Notes: generated from the sequence alone by a model not told the origin. Positions 14,186 to 26,710 are shown, numbered from the stretch's first letter. The stretch is DNA of 64,000 bases from Octopus sinensis (GCF_006345805.1 NC_043005.1:19778001-19842000); one strand, 5' to 3'. Translations and numbers: made by a program.

Positions 14186-15276
14186 AAGTAGCAACAGAAT
14201 AACTGATGCACAAAAGGGAAAAGGAAACAGGTAAAATATTCACAGAAACATTTTGAAAGAGGATTTTGGTCTAACACAGAGTTTGAAGAGACAGTGAACA
14301 GCAGAATCGGCGCAGTATCGAACTAAATACCTTATGATATTTAATTATGAGTCTTTTGGTTCTGAATTAAAATCCCATTAAAAATGACTATGCTGTTCAG
14401 CTTTACAAATTCTGTAACATATCGTATAAATCATATGAGTGCCAAGGATCACAGGACGTGTAGCATTCTCCTTTGTTAAAAATACTATTTTATTTATGTG
14501 GGTTGCAAAAGTCGTTAGAACGTACGAAAAAATGCCTTGCGGTATTTATTCTAGCTTTTTACATTCTGCGTAAAAATCAAACCGGAATAAATATTTGCTT
14601 CGCCCTTCTGCGGTTGATAAAGTCAAGGACTAAGATTGACCAGAACCTTTCCTCAAATTTATAAACATACAATTAGGTAAGAATCTTATTTTAATGTTGC
14701 TCTGTCCAGGTGTATCCTTGTCCAACAAAGTTTGGATTTTTTCTTTTTTTTTCTACCTAGTATGACCGAAGGAACATTTCTTTTTAGATAATTTTTCAAC
14801 CAGAAATCTCATGAAGTGCGTTTAACATCTTATCCTCGCTACAATAAGAGACATAAGATTTGTCAAATTTTAAGACAAGTTTGCTTTTCAGTTTTTGTTT
14901 GCACCCAATTCAAGACAACTTCTTGTCAAAAAACTTCCCTTTAGTTAAAAGGGGAAATGAACGAAGTTAAAGAAAAGCAAATTTAATTTCACAGCAAAGC
15001 TCATGCATTACGCATGAAAGAAACTAATCATAATTTAACAGTGAAAAACCATTAATTTGAACAATTTGGGCGATACTACGAACAACTTCAACACAAACAC
15101 ACCACACACACACACATCTGCTAATCGAAGAAAACAATCTATTTTTATGACCGGTGTTGTTATAAGCATCACAAACTTCAATAATTCCTTTGCTAGATCT
15201 GTCAACCTCGAGAAACATTGAACGTGAGTGATCAACAACCAGCCTGTTCCATACAATTGTGTGTGTGTGGGGGGGG

Positions 15277-15378
15277 GACTTATTGGCAGAGCCACGTTTA
15301 TCTCAAAAAAGCAATGTTGGTGGAACATTCCCATCGAAACTTCTGCCATGTGCAAATGAAACAGGTTTGATACAGTTG
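15277..15378 (-). repeat. Unclassified ~100 bp repeat, copy 2
   Basis: Inverted homologue of 7843-7944. Confidence 0.85.
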
Positions 15379-15765
15379 ATACAGTTCTGGTCGATTTTCT
15401 TCTCAAAGGAGGAATACAGATTACTTTTTTTTTGGCTTCGATTGGTTGTTGCAGGAATACCAGCAGGACGCAAAAGAGTTAATTGAGGGAGTAATGTAAA
15501 AGGTTTATTGCCTCCATACTTGTAAAATTTGTTTCCTTTGTGATGGACTTCTAGTCCAATTTTTTGTATATATTTGTAAGAGGTTTAATACCTCTATATA
15601 TGTTGTTTTTAACGAACAATGTTTTAGAGAAGCAGGTGGCCGGCGGGCGCTTTCTGTCTTCTCTCATCTTTATCATCTTGTATTATTAACATTCGCCTCA
15701 TTAATGCCTTGTCCAGCTCACAGCTACACTGTATACTGCCTTTGTGGCAAATAAAATGAAATAAA

Positions 15766-15922
15766 GTAGCTTGCTTATCAACCACATGGTCCACGGGTTC
15801 AATCACACTGCGCTGCACCTTGGGCAAGTGTCTTCTATTATAGCTTTGGGCCGACCAAAGCCTTGTGAGTGGATTTGGTAGACGGAAACTGAAAGAAGCC
15901 CGTCGTATATATATATATATAT

Positions 15923-15969
<47 letters not shown>

Positions 15970-16175
15970 TTGTCCCCCGAACATCGCTTGACAACCGATG
16001 CTGGTGTGTTTATGTCCCCGTAATTTAGCGGTTTGGCAAAAAGAGACGATAGAATAAGTACTAGGCTTACTTACAAAGAATAAGTCCTGGGGGCCGATTT
16101 GCTCGACTAAAGGCAGTGCTCCAGCATTGCCGCAGTCAAATGACTGAGGCAAGTAAAATAAAGAATAAAAGAATA
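15766..16175 (+). mobile_element. SINE-B, slightly 5'-truncated
   Basis: Same body as the 3484 copy. Confidence 0.92.
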
Positions 16176-16774
16176 AGTCTCTCATAAGAGATTCTATCAC
16201 AAGATCAAAGCGGAGTAGAACAGACTGCGATCTTCCCCACCAGATGGCGTTAGAACAGCCAGCTATATCCCCACAGGTTTTGACTTGAAGATAAGAAATG
16301 AAGTGGATGCCCATGACCATTTCTCCCTACAGGTTGGAGAGAGGGGAAATGAAGATATATTTCGATCGGAAACTTGGCCCAAATACAGGGCGGGTCTCGC
16401 TAAAGGCTTACAAAAGCCAGATGGAATGGTATCAATTTGAGCCATGGATTTACCCTACCATATAGATATGCTACGGTCAGATTTGAACTCAGAATCCGAC
16501 ACTCGGGCGATTCCACCACTTCACCATCTTGGATTGGTATTATATCTATCGATCCGGAAGGATGAATTCAAAGGGATTTGAACTTCGAACGCAAGAAGCA
16601 GGAATAAATGTCACAAGACTTCCCCGTCTGCCGCTCTAACAACTTCGAGAATTCGCCGTCTGCATTAATTGGTGAGGCGGGAATATTGTCAGAAGTGTTC
16701 GAAAGAAACTTACTCAGATGTTAGAATAAATAAGGAAATGACACATTAGCTAAAATACTCCGACATACCTTTCA

Positions 16775-16850
16775 GTAGACGGGAAGGTCACGGCTGGAAT
16801 GCCTTTGATCATGGGTCTGATGTGGAGCTAAATAACAACAACAACAGTAA
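16775..16850 (+). repeat. Family D repeat 3' end with an (AAC)n tail
   Basis: agacggga.ggtcacggctggaatgcctttgatcat..gctaaataacaacaac. Decayed relatives at ~300-350, 1203-1265, 1700-1740, 38380-38440 and 53350-53430. Confidence 0.55.
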
Positions 16851-17261
16851 TAAGATATAATTAGGTGAGAATAGCTTATTTTCTTTCCAGCTCTTTAACT
16901 GCTTTCACACATGGTTAACCAAATATATATATACATGTATATTTATACACACACACACACACATACATGCACACACATATATATGTATGCACACACATAC
17001 ATGCACACATACATACATGCATGCACGCATTCATACATACATACATACATACGTGCGTATACGTGTCTCTTGTATTTGTATTTGTGTGTACTTTATGAGC
17101 TTATATTATACGGGGGATGTGCTACCACAAATAGGACGGTATTTCAAAACGTTTTGTATTCAAAAAATGACTGACTTACGGGATGCAAGATAAGTGAGTA
17201 TGTGTCGGTGGTGGTGGTGATGGGGTAAATAGGTGAGGTATGCGTGTATACATAACTGAAG

Positions 17262-17333
<72 letters not shown>

Positions 17334-17575
17334 TATATATACACGTATATATATATATATATACACACGTGTGCTTCCATGCGTCTGTAATGATATATAT
17401 ATATATATATGTTCGTGTATATACACTCTCACACACACATTTATTTATTTTTTTTTCTAGTTTCAGCTCAGAGCTGCGGACATGCTGATGCACCGCCGTT
17501 TTGTGCTTCACTGTTATTACGACGAACCTCGTCTAATATGTGGCACTTGGTAAAGAATGGAGTTTGATACAGCTA

Positions 17576-17618
<43 letters not shown>

Positions 17619-17780
17619 TCTCATGTTTATATGTGTTATATAAAGATACAGATATATCCATGCATACATAAACATTCATATATCTGTTGCTGAAGCTTAA
17701 AATACTTTAGCAGTTGCTCTAGGCATAGAGTTTAATGTATTACAATTCTCTCTTTCTCTCTCTTGCTCTCTCTCTCTCTC

Positions 17781-17834
<54 letters not shown>

Positions 17835-18016
17835 ACACAAACACACATTACATTGCGTTCGCACGATAGGGCCGAGGCGTAACTCATGACAGTAACTGAC
17901 CAGTTTCGTTTCAGTACAGAAAACATGCAAATCAAATGAAACTAGTCGGCCATCGCTAAAAATGCCTTACAAAATAAATATGCATTGAGTTCTCTCTTCT
18001 ATTGATAACCATATAT

Positions 18017-18047
<31 letters not shown>

Positions 18048-18352
18048 GATATATATATAATATATATATATATAGAAAATAGTAGATTGAAAAAACGACA
18101 GAAGGCTTGAATGTTAAAAAATATATATATTTGCGTCAATATGTCTGAAGAATATTAGAAAATTTAAAAAAATTTTTTTTCCCTCTTATAATGACATAAA
18201 TTAAAAGAAATACCGGTTTCGCGTGTAGCTTTTCAAATTTCTTGTGACGTTATGTTTATATTGCATGGAGTTATCGTTGTGTTTATTTTCAGGAGATTTC
18301 TAAATAAGGGGAGGTAGTGAGTGATTTCTTCCGGTGTAAGGGAGATAATCGC

Positions 18353-18920
18353 TTAAATTTTTTTTCCTTTTCCTTGTGAATTTCTCTGTGTCAGTATGTT
18401 CGGATGGTTGAGTCTGGGTTTGTACTTTTCAATGAAGAATGTTTCCTTGTTCAGTCTCATTTGTGTTGATGATCCGAAAGCACATTGGTAAAATGGGAAG
18501 ATTAAAAATTGTGGCAGTAGTTGCTTTGCGCATTTCTCAATGTGCTCACTAAAAGGTATCATTCTATATTCTGGGAATGCAATCTGTTGTCGATGCAGTG
18601 TGCATCTACGCCTGAGTGATAGTCCCGTGGAACCCACGTAGTCCTGGTGGCAGCCCGAGCATTTTATGACATAAATTATGTTTTCAGAGGCACAAGTAAA
18701 GTTAGATTTGATCTTGAATTTTTGTCCCTCTTTAAAGAGGAATTCTGATCCTTCTAGCAGGTTAGGGCATGTTGCACAGTTCGATCTACCACATTTTTTT
18801 ACTTTTGCATCCGTAATTTCAGAAGACAATTTTGCCTTTGTGAGAATCTTTTTAAGTGATTTAGGCTGTTTGTAGCTTTTAATGATTTGGTGTATGTTTA
18901 GAATTTCCTTTAATTTGGGG
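18353..18920 (-). pseudogene. PLE Cys-rich linker and GIY-YIG endonuclease
   Basis: KKCGRSNCATCPNL...FTCASENIIYVIKCSGCHQDYVGSTGLSLRRR..H...RLNKETFFIEKYKP.LN. Confidence 0.92.
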
Positions 18921-18922
18921 TT

Positions 18923-20690
18923 TTAATGAAGTATCGGTAAATTCTGGGTGATGATGGTGAAGGCTTCTTTGTTTCTGGGGTTGTATGTAGATATGTAAGG
19001 TAGTATTTTCGGGGAAGGTGTGTTGTTGTGTTGAACTTTTCTTAAAGTTTCTATGTTGATTTCTGTTGCACGTCTGATACCATCTTCTATGAGTTGAGCT
19101 GGGTAATGTCTGTCAATTAGGGTGTTTTTGAGTTCTTGCAGTCTAAAGTTCCTGGTATTTTGTTCTGACACTATTGTGCATATCCTTCTTGCAAGGTTGA
19201 AGGGATGTTTGTTTTAGTGTGTCTTGGGTGGCATGAATTAAAAAGAAGGTATTGTTTGGCGTCTGTGGCTTTGTAAAAAATGTCTGTTTCTATTTTAAGG
19301 TTAATTTTTTTAATTAGTACATCCAAGAACGGGAGCTCCTTTTGGTTGTATTCCATTGTGAACTGTATATTTGGGTTTATGCTGTTCAATAGGTTTTTAA
19401 ATTTTAGGAGTTTATCTATGTTTTCATTCCAGAGAATGAAACAATCGTATAGGAATCGTTTCCAATTCTCTTTTATGTATTGAGAGAGGGAGTTTCCAAA
19501 GATTGATAAAGATTCCTGGCAAATGATTATTTCCATGTATCCCATTGTTAAGTTCGCAATGACTGGTGCTGCCCTTGTACCCATAGCAATTCCGGATTTT
19601 TGACGGTAAAATGTATTGTCAAACATGAAGTGGTTATTGTGTAGGATGAATTCAATTGATTTAGTAATGAATTCTTTACTGATCCTTTTTGGTATTTCTT
19701 CCGGAAATTGGTCTAACCAGAACTGTATTGCCTCCAGTCCATAATTATGAGGTATACTGGTATACAAGTTGACTACATCAAATGAAACCAGGATTGTTTC
19801 TTCCTTGGTTTTTTTTGGAAGGTGGTTTAACATATCTAAGTCATCTCTGATATGGCTATCGATATGTTAAGGAAGGGTTTCAGGAGGATGTCCATAAGTA
19901 GACTTAGTCTGTGTGTTTCACAGGTTGGGCCAGCTACAATGGGTCGTAGTTTTAGGTCCCCCGGTTAGGTGTGTGTATGTATGTCTTTGGTGATTTTTTA
20001 ATGGTTTCATTTATAATTTGACTTTTATGAATTTTTGGCTAGAAAAGGCATTTAAAGTTTGTTAGGAAGTCAATCTCTTTGGTTGTCAGTTCCTTTTCAT
20101 GGGTTTTAATTAGTGAAGATAGAGTTTTCATTATTTTTTGTGGGGTGTAGTTGGTAATTTTTTCATAATGTAGGTCGTCATCAAGCAAGGAAATTACAAG
20201 ATTTCTGTAGTATGATGTATCCATTATTACAACTGCATTTCCCTTGTCCGCTTCCTTAATGGTTATATCTTCATCATTTTGAAGTTCTATCAGTTCTTTC
20301 CATTGTGTAGTGTTAAAATTTGAGTTAGCTTTCTGTTTATGTATAGTATGGTAGGGAAAGTTCTCAATGTGGTTACAGAATTCGTCAAGATCTTTATTTC
20401 TTCCTCTGTGTGGGATGTGTTCACTTTTGTTCTTGACTAGTGATTCATCTTCAGTATTGAAACTGGTTGATGCTTCTGCTAGTCTTAATTTTCTGCAAAA
20501 TTCTGTTATATTATCCTTGATTTCATTTAGGTTGGCTCTGCGTGGAGTTGGTGTAAATTTGAGCCCTTTTGAGAGGATGTCAATTTTTATGTTAGAAAGA
20601 GGTTTAGTTGAAAGATTGATTATCTTCGGTTTTTCCTTATTACTAGGTTCCAGCCTGTGTCCTGGTGTCCCTGGCCCCTGGCTAAAAAAT
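18923..20690 (-). pseudogene. PLE reverse transcriptase, disrupted
   Basis: I translated the frame as open from ~20795 to the stop at 20039. After that there is a small deletion/stop before PKIHK and further frameshifts (track ORFs 19171..19833 and 18923..19171). The catalytic DD reads YD (RFLYDCF). Confidence 0.92.
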
Positions 20691-21975
20691 GTTGGGTGTA
20701 ATTTTGTTTGTATGAGTTGTCTGAGAGGTTGTGTGATATTGGGTCGGGGAGGTGGTGGTATTGTTGCCCCCGATCGTTGTGTGTGTGTGGGAATCTATGG
20801 TTGTTTTTGTTTGTGGTGTGAGTAAAATTTCTGTATGGGAAATACTTTTGTTTCGAACTACTTGTATGTGGGATGTTGCTTGACAAAGTGTTTTTTTGCG
20901 TTTGTCTTGTGTTTAGTGGGGACCAGTAATTTTGGTTCATGGGGTAGTAGCGACTTGTGTGTGGTGTATTTCTTATTCTAGTGTCGTTTTGTGCTGTATG
21001 GTGGTTGGGCCTGGTATTAGGATGTTGTTGGTGTGTTCTGTTTTTGGTGTAATTTATTTCATAGACGCGTCGTCTGTCAGCTAGTTCCCTGTTAGGTCTT
21101 GCGTGGTTTGCAAAGGTTGGTTGTGGGTGATTTCTGTTTTTAGTGTATGGAGGATAGTTGGGGGTTGTTCGTGGGTTGTTTGGTTTTTCTTTTTTATTTT
21201 TTGTGATTTTCTTAAGGAAGGGATTATTTGTACCCAATTCATTTTTGAAAGTTGTACTATATTTTTGGAAGAAGTCCATGTTTTTCTCCCAGCGCAGGGG
21301 AGAATTTCTCTCTTCTTTTTCACAAGTATCCTTCCAATGATCTAATGTATTTTCGAGGGGTTGTCCCTCGGTATGTTTCAGTATTATATTGTGCATCTCC
21401 TCGTCGATACTTTTAAATTTTTCCTCATTTGTGAAGGCTCTTAGTCTTAGAAGCTCTATTTCTGATCTAAAATTGAACAGAGCTGACTTTTCCCTAATAG
21501 TTCTCTGTCCGTCAGGCTCGTTAGGTATTAATTTTATCTGGAATTTGCGTGGGAGGATAATTGGTGTTGAGTTCATCCATCCCTCGTAAATGTCTGCTTT
21601 GTTGGAATTTTTTATCATGTTCCAGAAGGCGAGTTTTCTGTTGTGCAGGTTTGTATTCCAAATGTTTCCTATTTTTCTTTTTGCTGGGTTAATTCGGGTG
21701 CGTATGATGTCCTGCTGTGTTTCATTTGGTGCGTGTTTATTATTTTCGGATTTGTTGATAAGAATTGAATTTAGTGTTGTGTATAACAGTTGCAAATCCT
21801 TACTAACCTGGTCAGTGTAGCGAGTTATATCTTCATTGCTTTTACTTTCCCGGGCGAGTAGGTTTGATTCCTCGATTTTGTTGTTCAGGTTAGAAAGCTG
21901 TGTATTAATATTTTTCAGTTCTTTGAGTATATCCTCATTTGTGTTTTTATCCGAGGTGTTGGTCTTCTGTGGCAT
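20620..21975 (-). CDS. PLE ORF1, 451 aa from MPQKTN; predicted N-terminal coiled coil and low-complexity N/T/H/Q/P-rich C-terminus
   Basis: Stop-free frame, part of track ORF 20620..22080. The first 35 aa of the track ORF come from a microsatellite, so the likely start is the ATG at 21975. Confidence 0.7.
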   Translation of the reverse strand: MPQKTNTSDKNTNEDILKELKNINTQLSNLNNKIEESNLLARESKSNEDITRYTDQVSKDLQLLYTTLNSILINKSENNKHAPNETQQDIIRTRINPAKRKIGNIWNTNLHNRKLAFWNMIKNSNKADIYEGWMNSTPIILPRKFQIKLIPNEPDGQRTIREKSALFNFRSEIELLRLRAFTNEEKFKSIDEEMHNIILKHTEGQPLENTLDHWKDTCEKEERNSPLRWEKNMDFFQKYSTTFKNELGTNNPFLKKITKNKKEKPNNPRTTPNYPPYTKNRNHPQPTFANHARPNRELADRRRVYEINYTKNRTHQQHPNTRPNHHTAQNDTRIRNTPHTSRYYPMNQNYWSPLNTRQTQKNTLSSNIPHTSSSKQKYFPYRNFTHTTNKNNHRFPHTHNDRGQQYHHLPDPISHNLSDNSYKQNYTQHFLARGQGHQDTGWNLVIRKNRR

Positions 21976-22106
21976 TTTCGGTCTCACGTGTTTAATATAT
22001 GGATAAGAAAGTTGGTTTGTGGTATGTATGTATGTATATATTATGTATACATATGTAAATATATACATACACACGTACATACATACATATGCATGTATTT
22101 ATGTAA

Positions 22107-22149
<43 letters not shown>

Positions 22150-22739
22150 CTCGTACGCGTGCAACAGAGTAGTTTCGGCCATGTTTAGAAACTTACATAC
22201 TTAAATATATACAAACATCCATGCATGTTATATTCTTATTTGCAAACACACCAAAATCTCGTAATTGTTGACAATAAATTTTCGACATATTTTTTCATGC
22301 TTCAGTAAAACATTGCTACCAGTTATAGAGTCTCTTTCTAGTAGATGGCTAAGTACGTGTTCACGCTCGTTACCACTATCCCGTGTTCAAGAATATCTGA
22401 GGAATACCAGAAGAAAAATGATCGTCAAATTTCAAGAGAAACTATGCAGAAATATGATCGTTAAGTGACAACACAAAGATAAGCAAATTAAGGAAGAAAC
22501 ATCTGGTGGGATAGTCTACAGAGAAAGTTATCTCTATGGTAACTAACGTTGAAGTACGACTTACGTCACTAGAACAAGTTAACAGAGAAATACAATATAC
22601 ATATATTGTTTCTACGCTTGTATATGTTGTATATGTGTACGTGTGGGCTTCCGTCTCTCACGTGCACATTAAACACACGCTCGCACACATACACACACAT
22701 ACAACTATGTATATACAAATATATCCGTTGTGTATGTAC

Positions 22740-22744
<5 letters not shown>

Positions 22745-22836
<92 letters not shown>
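22745..22836. repeat. (TG)n microsatellite
   Basis: Direct reading. Confidence 0.99.
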
Positions 22837-22837
<1 letters not shown>

Positions 22838-23139
22838 ATGTGGGTCTTCGTGTGTGTGTGTTAATATATACAATATATACATCAAGACGGCGAACTGGCA
22901 GAATCGCTAGCGAATCGAGCAAAATGCCTTGCACTATTAGTTCCAAACCTTTACGCTCTGAGTTCAAATTCGGGTGAAGTTAACTTTGCCTTTCATGTTT
23001 CCGAACTCGGTAAAATTAAATACCAATGCAAGGAATTAGAGGAATTGTTGCAACGTTGAACAAAACATTTGGCAGCATTTGTTTCGGCTCTTTATGCTGT
23101 AAGCGTCAAGACAGATGAGGTCAATATCTCTATTTCGAT

Positions 23140-23327
23140 TCAGCGTGACACAAAGTGTGACAAGGCCGGCACTTTGAAATACAGCTACTACTCATTTTTA
23201 CCAGCTGAGTGGACTGAAGCAACGTGAAATAAAGTGTCTTGCTCAAGGACACAACGCGTCGGTGGGAATTGAACTCACGACCATACGATCATGAGTTGAA
23301 TGCCCGAATCACTAAGCCACACGCCTT
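23140..23327 (-). mobile_element. SINE-C
   Basis: cagctgagtggactgaagcaacgtgaaataaagtgtcttgctcaagg..gaattgaactc..actaagccacacgcc. Confidence 0.75.
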
Positions 23328-23329
23328 CA

Positions 23330-23711
23330 TCTCTCTATATATAAACGGCAGTTTGTCTCTGTGTGTGTCTGTGTGTCTGTCAGGTTGTACCCTCACCCTG
23401 ACCACGGCCTTCAGCCGAATCTGATGAAACTTGACACACACATAGCCCAATGTCATAATTCAAAACTAACGCAGCGAAAATTTTGAAAAGTTCCCCCAGT
23501 TCTGAAAAGAATCGATAAATTCGACATGGGGTCGAGAATCAGAAACACAAACCACAGACTGTCTAGGGGACGCAACTCGACCGTTTTAACTCTCAAAAAA
23601 AAATTTACCATTTTTTTTTTCCATTTTTTTCTATTTTTTGGCTATAACTCTCTAAAAATGCTTTATAGTTATTTCCCTTACAAACCCGAGCAACGCCGGC
23701 GATACTGCTAG
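23330..23711 (+). mobile_element. Non-autonomous Helitron-type element
   Basis: Starts TC after A (a|tctctctatatataaacggc) and has a GT-rich tract near the 5' end. Ends with a degenerate subterminal hairpin cccgagcaacgccggc and CTAG before T. Confidence 0.75.
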
Positions 23712-23730
23712 TATATCTATATGTATATAT

Positions 23731-23795
<65 letters not shown>

Positions 23796-24524
23796 CAATT
23801 CTCAGATCTCTAAACAGTCACTCCCTCTTGCAGTGGTATGTTTTAGGGAAAGATGAATTTATAATTTTTTTTCTGCGAGCAGATCTGATTTTGATTCGTT
23901 AAAAAATTGATGACTTTTTTCTTCCGTGGTCAAGCTTGTCGTTCTGCTTGGTTGGTTTCCTTACAGGATACAGTTATGGGTCTTTTCCTTGTATTCGTTG
24001 AAGTTTGGTTTTGATTGGTTTGGAATTATGTGACGTCAGTGAACAATGCCAGTGAACCCACCACTATTGCTGCTACGATCAACAGTCCTCTACTACTACT
24101 GCTGCTGCCACGGCCACAGCTTAACTGCTACAACCCCAACCACCACGAAGGTTGCCAAAATTACGACCAACAGTAACTGCTGCTAGGACAGCCACAAGTT
24201 ACTACTACTACGACCAACAATCACTACTGTTGCTACCATTGGAACACAAGGTAACAAAAAAGCGGTTCCTTTTGATACCAGCAAGAAACAATAATGAATT
24301 TCTTCATCACACTCAACTGTAATATAACAATTATACAAACTACCGACAAAACACCACCACATGGATTCTATTGAGAACAGTAAGAAACGATTATGAACTT
24401 TTCTATTGCCCTTTTTATAATATTTTTGATAAGGTTCGTTTTTTCAAGAACCGAAACATGTAAAATTCATAAGAAAATTAAAATTTATCTAATATAGTGG
24501 CGTTTTCAAACTTCTTTTTTACAA

Positions 24525-24525
24525 A

Positions 24526-24599
<74 letters not shown>

Positions 24600-24624
24600 A
24601 TAGCTAGCTAGCTAGCTAGCTAGC

Positions 24625-24722
<98 letters not shown>

Positions 24723-24723
24723 T

Positions 24724-24768
<45 letters not shown>

Positions 24769-24770
24769 TA
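24525..24770. repeat. (TA)n-(TAGC)n-(TAGA)n-(TA)n compound microsatellite
   Basis: Direct reading. Confidence 0.98.
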
Positions 24771-25039
24771 TAAACGAGTTATATTCAGCAGCGTTGATTG
24801 ACATATAGGTGCGTAGACTTATATTTAATTCGTGCATATTAAATAGTGGAAAGAACTGCGGTGCGGAAACTGTCTCGGAAGAGATATTCTCCCTATAGAT
24901 AAAGTATGTAAACAGCATACCACTGGTCCATGATTGACGTTATCGACTGTAGGGTACGTATTTCTGTATCGTCACGGACACATAAATAGGTATGTATATG
25001 TATAGGTGTGTGTGTGTGTGTGTGTTATGTGTGTGTGTG

Positions 25040-25098
<59 letters not shown>

Positions 25099-25581
25099 AA
25101 ATTAGTATCAGCTCTATTTCTGTTAGCATTTGCGACAGAATCTGAAAAAGAAAGGGAACGTGTCATCAATAGTTTCGTGCAACTATGACGAACCAACTGG
25201 ACTTCTAAAGCGATCGATCAAACAATTGATTAGTTAATTTGTTGACTAATAACTGATTATGTTGTAAAGAAATTAAATACTAGCAACACGCTTGTTTTTA
25301 TTAAGAAATTGACTCTTCCAAATTACAGCATATGAATGTATAAACATATGTGCGCGTGTGTTTATGCAAAGATATATGTATCTATCTACCTCTATGTGTA
25401 TGTGCGTGTGTGTGTTGTGTGTATATATGTATATGTGTGAGTGTTTGTGTGTGTGTGTGTGTGTGCTATGTGTGTATATATATATATACATCTAATATAG
25501 GATAAAACTTTTCGAAAAAAATTTTATCAATGGCCAGCATATTAAAAATACCTTTAAAGGTTAAAAATTTAAGGTTCATAA

Positions 25582-25629
<48 letters not shown>

Positions 25630-25656
25630 ATATGTGCGTGTGTATGTATACATATA

Positions 25657-26710
25657 CAGACATGATAGAAGTAAATAGACACCCCATAAAAACCGTTTAT
25701 GTTTATTCTAACTTGTAAAGGTTTGTATTTTTTTATTAATTCACATTTCTATGTTTCAGATATTCTATATGTGGCTGTTTAATCATGCCATGTACAAAAG
25801 ATGCCTTGAAACTGTCTGAATTTCAAAGAAGCCGTATTGTTGATCGTTCTGAAGGTGGACATAGTCAGAGTAAAATTGCAGAAAACCTTGGGAAGCCGCT
25901 TTCTACGGGTAATAGAGTGATTGTGCAATTCACCGGAGAGGGGAAGGAATCCACATCACCTCGCCCAGATCAACAAGAGCCCTCTGATAGGACCCTTCTC
26001 TTTGCTAAGAGAAGTGTGGGGGATAATCCTTGTTGCAAACTCTCTGACATAGCAGAACAAGTTGATGTCGATCCCAAAACAGTTGTCAGGTATCTCCACG
26101 AACTTGGCTAATATGGCAGAGCAGCAAGAAGGAAGCCACTTTGACCATCCAACATCAAGCGGAGTAAACATTAGGCCTTTGAGATGGTGGAAAGGCTACT
26201 AGCATTTTGGAACACTGACATATTCTCTGATGAGTTCAGATTGACTGTATTTCCTGACAGTGGTCGAATATTGGTCTGGAGACTGATCAAAAATCTGATG
26301 TGAAAAAACTGCAGCCAACAATGAAACACGACAGCTATTCTGTGATGGACTGGGAAGCAATACTTGATCAAAGCTGGTGAAGTGTGAAGGAAACATAAAT
26401 TCAGATAAATATGTGTCCATATAGCAGAAAAAGACTCCTTCCAATTTTCTCCAGTGACCAAATGATTAAAGAAGACTTGTCATACGGCTAAAACATCCCT
26501 AGATTTATTGGATGAGAATGGCATTAAAACGCTCCCCTGGCCAAGCCAGTCACCAGATATGAACCCTATTGAACACCTCTGGGACATAATGGACAGGACA
26601 ATTCATAAAAAGAACAAGAAAGCATCTTCAAAGTCAGACCTTTTTAGATTGATGCATGAAACTTGTCAAGAAATTCCGCAAAAGAATATTCTTCATCTGA
26701 TCAGTAGCAA
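25657..26710 (+). mobile_element. Tc1-like (DD34E) transposon relic
   Basis: TA followed by cagacatgatagaagtaaatagacacc (probable left TIR). HTH segment [20 protein letters not shown], an FSDE-like segment and LPWPSQSPDMNPIEHLWD. No right TIR seen. Confidence 0.88.

Larger units (their letters stand above)
18075..22050 (-). mobile_element. Penelope-like retroelement (PLE), probably Neptune-type, near full length but inactivated
   Basis: Minus-strand order: ORF1, then the PLE N-terminal motifs IINLS..LSKGLKFTPTP and KEADKGNAVVIM, PKIHK, RPIV, RT motifs (LVSFDVVNLYTSIP, YRQKSGIAMGT, RFLYDCF for xxDD, LPFLDV), a CX4CX2C linker (CGRSNCATC) and GIY-YIG (NIIYVIKC..C..DYVGST). The 3' end abuts (TA)n. 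Boundaries are approximate. Confidence 0.93.

Noticed and set aside
4412-14277. Numerous YVCM, HTYI, CV and YI repeat ORFs here and throughout the window
   Set aside because: They are translations of (TATG)n, (TACA)n, (TG)n and (TA)n microsatellites.
20367-21820. Plus-strand ORFs of 60-152 aa
   Set aside because: They are antisense shadows of the PLE ORFs.
22150-22190. Hammerhead at the PLE 5' side (minus strand ...catggccgaaactactc)
   Set aside because: Only GGCCGAAAC is present; there is no CTGANGA core and no matching stem I.
24040-24300. Thr/Ala-rich mucin-like coding stretch
   Set aside because: It is a degenerate ACT/GCT trinucleotide tract with stops and no sustained frame.
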